NCBI GenBank assembly: GCA_044238185.1
Contig: JBIIDV010000004.1
Location: 415-64,414, forward strand
Origin: Prochlorococcaceae cyanobacterium
GTDB taxonomy: Bacteria > Cyanobacteriota > Cyanobacteriia > PCC-6307 > Cyanobiaceae
Reading direction: 5' to 3'
DNA: 64,000 nucleotides
The notes under the pieces were generated by a model that ran no database searches, had not been told where the DNA came from, and was given only the letters and a program-made list of their open reading frames with translations. This document shows positions 20,511-27,981 of this stretch, in pieces. A program made the position numbers and the translations under genes. How positions within the stretch are numbered: position 1 is the first letter of the stretch; each line of letters opens with the position of its first letter.

Positions 20511-21218
20511 TCAAGGCCGGCTGGTGAGGGCAGCCAACCGCTGCTGGAGTTGCGCCCCCATCTCCTGCGCCTGCCACTGCTGGGCCAGGGCCGTCGCACT
20601 GAGCGGCCGCAGCGGCGGCAGCTCTGCCAGCACCGGCACCCCACCCAACTGCGCCAGCGTGCGGGGGTTGTCCGGGTGGGGTGGGCCGTTGAGCACCAGG
20701 CCGAGCACTGGAATTGCCCGCTGCCGCAGGGCTTCCAGCGTGAGCAGGGTGTGGTTGAGCGTGCCCAGGCCGCTGCGGGCCACCAGCAGCACGGGCAGTT
20801 GCCAGCGCTGCAGCTGCTCGATCTGCAGCCAGTCGCGGCGCAGCGGCACCAGCACCCCGCCGGCGGTCTCCACCACCAGGGAGGCCACCACGGTGGGGAG
20901 CCGCAAGCGCTCGGGCTCGATTGTGATCCCATCCAGTTCGGCGGCCCAGTGGGGGGAGAGGGGCCGGCTGAGCCGGTAGGCCTCCGGCAGCAGCCGGGGG
21001 GCGGCCTCCGGCAGCAGCCGGGCCAGGCTGCTGCGGTCTCCCCCCTCGTCCAGGCCGCTCTGCACCGGCTTCCAGTAATGGGCGCCCAGGCCCTGCACCA
21101 GCCAGGCACTCACCACCGTCTTGCCCACATCGGTGTCGGTGCCGCACACCACCAGCCGGGGCGGCAGAGGGCCTGCGTCTAGCTCCGCCGCCGGCCGATC
21201 AGCAGCTGCACCGTCCAC
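20511..21218 (-). CDS. bioD: dethiobiotin synthase
   Basis: RLVVCGTDTDVGKTVVSAWLVQGL...YWKPVQSG...LVVETAGGVLVP matches the BioD P-loop and core. There is no ATG nearby. The candidate GTG starts are at 21218 (overlapping the bioC 3' end) and 21152. Confidence 0.85.
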   Translation of the reverse strand: MDGAAADRPAAELDAGPLPPRLVVCGTDTDVGKTVVSAWLVQGLGAHYWKPVQSGLDEGGDRSSLARLLPEAAPRLLPEAYRLSRPLSPHWAAELDGITIEPERLRLPTVVASLVVETAGGVLVPLRRDWLQIEQLQRWQLPVLLVARSGLGTLNHTLLTLEALRQRAIPVLGLVLNGPPHPDNPRTLAQLGGVPVLAELPPLRPLSATALAQQWQAQEMGAQLQQRLAALTSRP

Positions 21219-21988
21219 GTGATCCCCTCGTCGCTGGGCCAATGCTGCAGCAGCCGCCGCAGTTCGGCGGTACCCAGACGGGGCTGGCGGCTGCCCACCG
21301 CCCCGATCGCCCGCAGGGAGCCGAGAAAGCGCCGACCGTCGCTGCCGGCCTGGCTGAAGCGCAGCAGCCGCTGGTGGTGCAACTCCAGGTGCCGATTGGC
21401 CACGGCCTGCAGGGGCTCGCTGGCTGGCAGGGCCAGGCCGGTAAAGGGCACACCCGCCCGGCGGGCTGCCCGGTGCCACTGGGGGAAGCTGGCGGCCGTG
21501 GGCAAGGCCAGGGCCAGCCAGCCGCCAGGGGCCAGCGCGTTGCACCAGAGCTCCAGCTGGGCCGCTGGCTCCTCCAGCCACTGCAGGGCAAAGCAGGAGC
21601 AGAGCAGGCTGGCGCCCTCCAGCTCGGCGGGCAGGCCGTGGTTCAGGTCCCAGAGGCGCCGGCCATGGCCCTGGGCCAGTGGGTTGGCCGCCAGGAGCTG
21701 GGGGCAGAGGTCGAGTTGCAAAACGGGACGCTGCAGGCCTTGCTGCTGCAGGGCCTCACCCAGCAGGCCGCTGCCAGCCCCCAGGTCGGCGGCGGGGCCT
21801 GGGGGCAAGGGCTCCTCGCCGAGTCGGTGGGCCAGCAGATGGGCCAGCCGCCAGGCCACACCCCGTTGCAGCAGGGCGTGCTGCCGATAGGCCGCGGCTC
21901 GCCGCCCGAAGCGTTCCCGCACCCGGGCCGTGAAGGCGGCCTCTGGCCCTGGCAGGGCCAGAGGGTGAATCAGAGGCTGGCGATCCAC
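21179..21988 (-). CDS. bioC: malonyl-ACP O-methyltransferase (class I SAM methyltransferase)
   Basis: FGRRAAAYRQHALLQRGVAWRL...AADLGAGSGLLGEAL...LCSCFALQWL...LAPGGWLALALP matches the BioC pattern. The GTG start at 21988 overlaps the end of the upstream hydrolase gene. Its position between that esterase gene and bioD supports the call. Confidence 0.75.
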   Translation of the reverse strand: MDRQPLIHPLALPGPEAAFTARVRERFGRRAAAYRQHALLQRGVAWRLAHLLAHRLGEEPLPPGPAADLGAGSGLLGEALQQQGLQRPVLQLDLCPQLLAANPLAQGHGRRLWDLNHGLPAELEGASLLCSCFALQWLEEPAAQLELWCNALAPGGWLALALPTAASFPQWHRAARRAGVPFTGLALPASEPLQAVANRHLELHHQRLLRFSQAGSDGRRFLGSLRAIGAVGSRQPRLGTAELRRLLQHWPSDEGITWTVQLLIGRRRS

Positions 21989-22656
21989 GCGCTGAGATCG
22001 GTGAGCAGCGGTGTGTTGAGCAGGCAGTGGCCGGCTTCCGGGTAGTGGATCACCGTGGCCCCGGGTCGTTCCCGGCGCAGCTCTGCCCGAGTCTCCGGCC
22101 CCACGATCCGGTCGGCGCACCCCTCCACGATCAGGCAGGGCAGCCCAGGGGCCAGGGCCTGCGGCAGTTGCTCGCAGCGCTCCAGCAAGGCCAGATCGGC
22201 CAGCAGGCGCTGGCGGCCAGGCACGCTCAGGGGAGCCTCCAGGATCGTGCAGGGCAGGGCAGTGATGGGCGCCGGGGCGGCCGCCTCGCCCAGGAAGGTG
22301 TGCAGCATTACCTCGGCCTGGGGGCTCTGCAGGGCTTCGGCCATGGCCGCCAGGGCCGTCTGCACACGCCGCCCCTCGCGGCCGGGTGGCACAAAACGCC
22401 CGAAACTGGCCAGCAGCACCACCGCATCGGCCTTGGCCAAGAGCTCCGGCGCCAGCAGGTGGGGGCCGAGGGAGTGGCCGATCACCACCCGCCTGCTGGC
22501 CTGGGGATCCCACGCCACAGTGCGGGCCGCCACCGGCCCGTAGCCGCGGTCGGGCAGGGACCACTGCCAGCCTCGGGCTGTGGTGGCAGCGGCAAAGGGC
22601 TGCCAGCCGCGGCTGTCCCCCGACCAGCCGTGCATGGCGATGATCTGGGTGGTCAT
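21970..22656 (-). CDS. alpha/beta-hydrolase, probable pimeloyl-ACP methyl ester esterase (cyanobacterial BioK type)
   Basis: MTTQIIAMHGWSGDSRGW...VVIGHSLGPHLL... is an alpha/beta hydrolase with a GHSLG nucleophile elbow. It is wedged between bioF and bioC, with a 4-nt ATGA overlap onto the bioF stop. The functional call comes from operon context. Confidence 0.6.
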   Translation of the reverse strand: MTTQIIAMHGWSGDSRGWQPFAAATTARGWQWSLPDRGYGPVAARTVAWDPQASRRVVIGHSLGPHLLAPELLAKADAVVLLASFGRFVPPGREGRRVQTALAAMAEALQSPQAEVMLHTFLGEAAAPAPITALPCTILEAPLSVPGRQRLLADLALLERCEQLPQALAPGLPCLIVEGCADRIVGPETRAELRRERPGATVIHYPEAGHCLLNTPLLTDLSAWIASL

Positions 22657-23831
22657 GGGGAGCCCAGGGCGGTCAGCAGCCGCTCCAATGTGCCTGGTGG
22701 TAGATCCCACCGCAGCACCAGCCGCAGCCGGGCAGTGCCTTGCGGCACGGTGGGGGGGCGGATCGCCACGGCCAGCAGGCCGGCCCGCTCCAGGCGCTGC
22801 TGCAGCTCGAGGGCCCGCTGGTCGTCGCCCACCAGCAGCGGCAGGATCGGCCCCGTACCGGGGGGGCGCCGCCAGCCGGCAGCCTCCAGGGCAGCGCGCC
22901 AGCGCCCGGCTCGCTCCAGCAGGGCCGGCCCCGGCGGCGTGCCGGCCCGCTCCAGGGCCTGCATGCGCTTCAGGGCCGCCAGGGCGCCGGCCGCCAGGGG
23001 CGGGGCCAGGGCGGTGGTGTAGCGGAATGGACCGCTGAACTGCAGCAGCCACTCCATCACCAGGGCATCGCCGGCCAGAAAGGCCCCGCCGCTGCCGAAG
23101 GCCTTGCCGAAGGTGCCGCAGAGCAGGGCGATGGCGCCTTCCCCGTGGCCCAGGCCGCGGCCGCCTGCCCCCAGCACCCCCAGGGCGTGGGCCTCATCGA
23201 GCAGCAGGGCTGCGCCATGGCCCGCGCAGAGGGCGGCCAGGGCGGCCCGATCGGGGCTGGTGCCCTCCATGGAATAAAGGCTTTCCGCCAGCACCAGCAG
23301 CCGCTGCTCGGGCTGACGCCGGCGGGCGGCGCTGAGCAGGACCTCCAGGTGATCGAGATCGTTGTGGCGGAAGCGCTGCAGTTGGGCGCCGCAGGCGCGC
23401 ACCCCGGTGAGCAGGGAGTGGTGAACCAGCCGGTCGGCCAGCACCAGGCTGTGGCGGTCGGCCAGGGCCCCCACGGCCGCCAGGTTGGCCTGGAAGCCGC
23501 TGGGGAACAGCAGCACCCGCTCCCGCCCCAGCCAGACGGCCAGGGCCTGCTCCAGCTGGGCGTGCACCGGCCGGCTGCCGCACACCAGCCGGGAGGCTCC
23601 GGCCCCCACCCCTTCCCGGGCCGCGGCAGCCTGGGCGGCAGCCACCACCGCCGGGTGGGCGCTGAGGCCGAGGTAGTCGTTGCTGGCCAGATCGAGCAGT
23701 TGGGATTTCAGGCCGCGCAGCTGGCGCCGGGAGCTGGCGGACTGGCCGGCCAGCGCCTGGGCCAGGGGCCGCTGCCAGGGGGCCAGATCGCCTACGGATT
23801 CCGGCTGGAATTGGGATGCTCTGCCGCCCAT
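22653..23831 (-). CDS. bioF: 8-amino-7-oxononanoate synthase
   Basis: I trimmed this to MGGRASQF... The sequence has LDLASNDYLGLSAHP, GAGASRLVCG, LLFPSGFQANL, LDEAHALG and GTFGKAFGSGGAF (PLP lysine). The N-terminal extension in track ORF 22653..24353 lies antisense to the BASS gene. Confidence 0.9.
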   Translation of the reverse strand: MGGRASQFQPESVGDLAPWQRPLAQALAGQSASSRRQLRGLKSQLLDLASNDYLGLSAHPAVVAAAQAAAAREGVGAGASRLVCGSRPVHAQLEQALAVWLGRERVLLFPSGFQANLAAVGALADRHSLVLADRLVHHSLLTGVRACGAQLQRFRHNDLDHLEVLLSAARRRQPEQRLLVLAESLYSMEGTSPDRAALAALCAGHGAALLLDEAHALGVLGAGGRGLGHGEGAIALLCGTFGKAFGSGGAFLAGDALVMEWLLQFSGPFRYTTALAPPLAAGALAALKRMQALERAGTPPGPALLERAGRWRAALEAAGWRRPPGTGPILPLLVGDDQRALELQQRLERAGLLAVAIRPPTVPQGTARLRLVLRWDLPPGTLERLLTALGSP

Positions 23832-23874
23832 GGGCTTGAGGCTAGGGCCCTGAACCTGCTGAGCCCCGGCCAGG

Positions 23875-24843
23875 TTGCTGCCCTTAGTTTGGGGTGTTGT
23901 CGATGGCTCCATCCCGGGCTGCGCCGCTGTGCTGGAGCGCTTCACGCTGTTGTTTCCGCTCTGGACTCTCCTGGCGGCGGCCTTGGCGCTGATTGATCCC
24001 TGGCTGTTCACTTGGCTGCAGGGGCCATTGATTGTGCTGGCCCTGGCTGTGGTGATGCTCGGCATGGGGCTGGAGCTGGAATTGGCCGACTTCCAGCGGG
24101 TGCTGCGCCGTCCTGGCCCGCCAGCCCTCGGAGTGGCTGCCCAGTATCTGGTGATGCCCGCGTTGGCCGCACTAGTGGCAGCTCTGCTGCGCATGCCGCC
24201 GCCCCTGGCCGTAGGCCTGATCTTGGTGGGCTGCTGCCCTGGTGGCACGGCCAGCAATGTGGTGACCCTGATCGCCCGCGCGGATGTGGCCCTGTCGGTG
24301 GTGATGACCACAGCCAGCACCCTGGCGGCAGTGTTGCTCACCCCACTGCTCACGGGGCTGCTGGCCGGCCGCTACGTGCCGGTTGATGGCTGGAAACTGC
24401 TGCTGGATGTGCTGCAGGTGGTGCTGCTGCCGGTAGCCCTGGGGGTGGGACTGAAGCGATGGGTGCCGAGCCTGTCCCGCCGGTTGGCTCCCGTCATGCC
24501 ACCGCTGGCGGTGTTGGCGATCGTGCTGATTGTGGCCAGCATTGTTGGCAGCCAGCGCCAGGCTTTGATGGCCGAGGGACCGCTGCTGCTGCTGGCATCC
24601 GTTCTCTTGCATGGAGGCGGATTCTTTCTGGGTTGGCTGATCCCTGCCGTGCTGGGCCAACCAAAGCCGGTGCGCCGCACCGTGAGCATCGAGGTCGGCA
24701 TGCAGAACTCAGGCCTGGCCGTGGTGCTGGCCCGCTCCGGGTTCAGCGCCTCACCGCTCACTGCCTTGCCTGGGGCGATTTCGGCGGTGGTGCATGCAGT
24801 GCTCGGAAGCGTGTTGGCCACCTGGTGGAGGAGATCCCCATAG
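23875..24843 (+). CDS. bile acid:sodium symporter (BASS) family transporter
   Basis: FTLLFPLWTLL...VVMLGMGLELELADF...GLILVGCCPGGTASNVVTLIA...VVMTTASTLAAVLLTPLL are typical BASS blocks. The start is uncertain. Confidence 0.8.
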   Translation: MLPLVWGVVDGSIPGCAAVLERFTLLFPLWTLLAAALALIDPWLFTWLQGPLIVLALAVVMLGMGLELELADFQRVLRRPGPPALGVAAQYLVMPALAALVAALLRMPPPLAVGLILVGCCPGGTASNVVTLIARADVALSVVMTTASTLAAVLLTPLLTGLLAGRYVPVDGWKLLLDVLQVVLLPVALGVGLKRWVPSLSRRLAPVMPPLAVLAIVLIVASIVGSQRQALMAEGPLLLLASVLLHGGGFFLGWLIPAVLGQPKPVRRTVSIEVGMQNSGLAVVLARSGFSASPLTALPGAISAVVHAVLGSVLATWWRRSP

Positions 24844-25207
24844 TCAATGCCAATAAAAATGCCAATTAACTTTGTCGTGTTGAATATTAACCGGCATTGT
24901 ATTGCCGCCATTTTGCGTTATCGCAAGGATTGTGCTGATTCAAGTATTGCGTTGATTGTTGAATTGTCTTCTGTGGCTGAATTTGTTGATGGGTATGCAA
25001 CGCAGACTTGATGCCTCGGAAATGGCGTTTTGGGAGTGGCGTGGCTGAATGGCTGTTGCCATGGTGTCCTCAGGACGCTGACACGCTGAGCAGTACCCGG
25101 CTCGTCGCGCCCCGCGCCCAGCCCCAGCAAGAATGTTGTGCTTTGTTACAGATGCTTGCCGGACGTTGCGCTAGGTGATATGGTCCAAACTACTAGTTAT
25201 TGTTGCG

Positions 25208-25984
25208 ATGGTCACAAATCAAGCTACAAGAGCTTCGCTTTTCGCGGGCAAGGCCAAGTCGGTTTCTGTGGCGGTGGCCTTCTCTGGCCTTGCCACTCTG
25301 GCTGTCCAGCTGCCTGCCAACAGTGCCGTCACCATCGACACCAGAGGGCCCAATACTGTTTTTGGTAACGGTCAGCTCGTTGATTCCTATTCTTTTTCTG
25401 CTGGCGGAATTGGGCTGACATTTTTAAATCCTCTCGCTAGTTCGCAGAACACATTGTCTCGGACGGTACCGGTTGGCACACCAACGCTTCCCGGTGGTGG
25501 TACCTGCTTGGGTGGCAGCCGCGAGGTGAACTTATCCCATGTTTGCGGCAATCTGCCTGAAAATTCAACGACTCCACAAATTGATTTCATCCAGCTTGTT
25601 TTTGACCAGGACGTATTCTTGAAGTCTATGAAAATAACTGCAAGGGCGCAGACATTCGATGAGACAGTCAAAAATTCTGTTGTTTCAATCTGGAATAGTG
25701 AGTCTGGCTCTGCTGCGACCTTTGATTACGTTGTTGATACAGCCGAGGCATCCACTGTGCACGATACTTTTAGGGTAACTAATTATGATTCAGTATTCAA
25801 CTCTTTCGTCGCGCTGGCCGGAAAGCCTGTAACTGTTTCTTCTGAGTTTACCAATAATATGGATTACTGGATTACTTCCATTCAGGTTCAGCGGGTTCCT
25901 GGACCTCTCCCTGTTCTCGGGGTGGCGTCTGCTTTTGCGTGGTCTCGCCGACTTCGGCGCAAAACCCAGCCGATAGCAAAGTAA
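25208..25984 (+). CDS. secreted protein with PEP-CTERM-like C-terminal sorting signal
   Basis: The N-terminal signal peptide is ...KSVSVAVAFSGLATLAVQLPANSA. The C-terminus VPGPLPVLGVASAFAWSRRLRRK has Pro-rich motif, hydrophobic helix and Arg cluster, which is the PEP-CTERM architecture with VPGP in place of VPEP. The gene is visibly AT-rich relative to its neighbours. The track start is 25175. Confidence 0.6.
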   Translation: MVTNQATRASLFAGKAKSVSVAVAFSGLATLAVQLPANSAVTIDTRGPNTVFGNGQLVDSYSFSAGGIGLTFLNPLASSQNTLSRTVPVGTPTLPGGGTCLGGSREVNLSHVCGNLPENSTTPQIDFIQLVFDQDVFLKSMKITARAQTFDETVKNSVVSIWNSESGSAATFDYVVDTAEASTVHDTFRVTNYDSVFNSFVALAGKPVTVSSEFTNNMDYWITSIQVQRVPGPLPVLGVASAFAWSRRLRRKTQPIAK

Positions 25985-25995
25985 ACTTGATCAAG

Positions 25996-26038
25996 GTGCG
26001 TGCTGAGCCTAGGCATTAATGCCTTTAGCTCAGCGCAC
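25996..26038 (+). terminator. extended imperfect stem-loop after the PEP-CTERM gene (candidate terminator)
   Basis: The sequence is gtgcg(tg)ctgagc..aggca-ttaa-tgcct..gctcag-cgcac, followed by ttt. An outer stem of 5+6 bp and an inner 5-bp stem were paired by hand. The T tract is weak. Confidence 0.3.
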
Positions 26039-26043
26039 TTTGG

Positions 26044-27741
26044 GTGGTTGAGCTGGGTAAAGTGAATAAGATTATCTGGATTCTATGGCTGCAAGGTTGG
26101 CATGAAGCCCCGCCGATTGTTAAATCCTGTTTAGCGAGTTGGCAGTCTTTTAATCCTGGATGGGTTGTTCGGCCCATTTCTTTGGACGATGTTCGTGTTT
26201 TAATAGATTTGCCGGACCTGTCGGGGAAAAGCATAACCGCGGCATCTTTTTCTGATTTGGTGAGGATATCCCTTCTTTACCAGTTTGGTGGTGTATGGGT
26301 TGACGCAACTGTTTTGTGTCGCCTGCCATTGGACGATTGGATTTTTCCGCTATTAAGTGAGGGATTTTTTGCTTTTTCCAGGCCTTGCGAGGGTCGGGAG
26401 TTGTCAAGTTGGTTTCTTGCTTCGGATCGACCAGCTCACCCATTGGTTAGTACTTGGTACGATTGTGTGAGGGCCTATTGGGGTCATCGTAGTCAGGCTT
26501 CCACTTATTTCTGGTTCCACAATCTGTTTGACGAGCTTTGTGTTGTTGATGCTGCTGTCAGGCAGTGTTGGGAGAGGGTATACAAATTTAGTGCCGTTAT
26601 TCCTCATCGAGCTCGGTCGCTCGGTCTTGACAATGATGATGAGGCTGCAATTGCTGAGTTGTTTGATGAATCCTCGCCGGTATTAAAGCTCAGTTACCGA
26701 GTTGATTCTTCGCTTCTCGAGCGTGATTGTCTTTTGTCACGACTGTTGCGGGGGTTGCCGAAGCCTTCCCTGCCAGCTCCGCTGCAGATCCAGGGTAATG
26801 CGCACGAATCTGACCATGAGATTGCAGGGCTCACTGTGAGTACTGAAAATATTGGTGATCATGTCCAGATCTTTGCTGCTAATTCTCTGCTTCGTAAACT
26901 TTGGCACTTGCCTTCTCAATTGATCGACCGTGATGATCAGATAGCGACTCTTGAGGGCTGTCAGTCGGTGGATCAAACTCGGCTGATTGTGATGAATGGA
27001 TGGTTCAAGTTTAATCACTCTGGTTGGCCTCCACACCCTTCTTTGCTGCCTGCCTATGTGGGATTTCATCTACGTCCTTTACAATGCCCTGAGCTGTTAA
27101 GTGCGGCAGCAATTAGGCATTATCGGCAGCATTCTCCCATTGGTTGTCGGGATAGTTGGACCTGTGAGCTGTTGCGAGCCCATGGTGTTGAAGCCTATGT
27201 TAGCCATTGTCTCTCCCTTGCTCTGTCAATCAGGAGTCCGTCGCTTGTGCCCGCTTCTGAGGTTTTTGTTGTGTCCAGGGACCGGCAGATCTGTGACTAT
27301 ATTCCTAAGTGCTTGGGCGCCTATACATTTGTTTCTCATTATAGTGGATCAAGAGATGCTTCCTTGAATCTTGCCAAGGTTGATCACTTGCTTGCCTTGT
27401 ATGCAAGCCGTGCCAAGTTGATCGTCACAACACTGTTGCACTGTGCTCTTCCGGCAATGGCTATGGGAATACCTGTTGTGATGGTTTGGCCGATCGGTTC
27501 TGCGGCAAGCCGTTCATCTGATCGTCAACGTTTTTCATCGCTACTCTCCTTGATCAATGTGCATGAGCCTGAGGAGCTTGAGTCTATTGATTGGAACGTG
27601 AAGACAGTGAATTGCGCGAATGAGAAGCTCGCCGCTCTGGATGGCTTTGTCACGGCTACGCGTCGCTGGAGGCTGCCCTATCGACCGCTGGCCTGGGAGC
27701 TTGAACCTGCAGCCATGTTGCCTCCGCCGGGAGGGCTCTGA
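26044..27741 (+). CDS. fusion protein: Caps_synth-type glycosyltransferase domain + polysaccharide pyruvyl-transferase-like domain
   Basis: The N-terminus KIIWILWLQGWHEAPPIVKSCLASWQSFNPGW...ASFSDLVRISLLYQFGGVWVDATV matches the capsular polysaccharide synthesis (Caps_synth) family. The C-terminal half (IGDHVQIFA...VMNGWF...IGCRDSWTCELLRAHGVEAYVSHCLSL...LLHCALPAMAMGIPVV) matches the PS_pyruv_trans pattern. The coding sequence is AT-rich. Confidence 0.65.
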   Translation: MVELGKVNKIIWILWLQGWHEAPPIVKSCLASWQSFNPGWVVRPISLDDVRVLIDLPDLSGKSITAASFSDLVRISLLYQFGGVWVDATVLCRLPLDDWIFPLLSEGFFAFSRPCEGRELSSWFLASDRPAHPLVSTWYDCVRAYWGHRSQASTYFWFHNLFDELCVVDAAVRQCWERVYKFSAVIPHRARSLGLDNDDEAAIAELFDESSPVLKLSYRVDSSLLERDCLLSRLLRGLPKPSLPAPLQIQGNAHESDHEIAGLTVSTENIGDHVQIFAANSLLRKLWHLPSQLIDRDDQIATLEGCQSVDQTRLIVMNGWFKFNHSGWPPHPSLLPAYVGFHLRPLQCPELLSAAAIRHYRQHSPIGCRDSWTCELLRAHGVEAYVSHCLSLALSIRSPSLVPASEVFVVSRDRQICDYIPKCLGAYTFVSHYSGSRDASLNLAKVDHLLALYASRAKLIVTTLLHCALPAMAMGIPVVMVWPIGSAASRSSDRQRFSSLLSLINVHEPEELESIDWNVKTVNCANEKLAALDGFVTATRRWRLPYRPLAWELEPAAMLPPPGGL

Positions 27742-27981
27742 TTCTTGACAATGGTGTGTGGGCTTATTCGGGCTGCCGCGAGTATTCCCCTTTGCGTTTG
27801 GCTTTGATTGTGAGTTTGCAGTTGATGTGAAATCCAGTGGTGACCTGATTGGGTTTGAGCTCGGCAGTGGCTCTTAAGGATGGTTAGGATTTGGGACTTC
27901 TTGATCGACTAATCAACGTCTTTCAGTGCAAACTATTGCCCAGCCGTGAGTTGAAAGCTTGCTGGCAGCAGGGCTAGCAGC

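Noticed and set aside
23832-24353. N-terminal 174-aa extension of the bioF ORF (track 22653..24353)
   Set aside because: BioF homology begins at the ATG at 23831. The extension is antisense to the BASS transporter gene and is low-complexity.
24918-25130. 70-aa minus-strand ORF in the AT-rich leader of the islet
   Set aside because: It has no motif, no plausible start context and unremarkable composition. The region is more likely a promoter/5'-UTR for the PEP-CTERM gene.
27745-27750. TTGACA hexamer upstream of the helicase as a -35 promoter element
   Set aside because: No acceptable -10 (TAnnnT) lies at 16-19 bp spacing, so a single hexamer match is not evidence.
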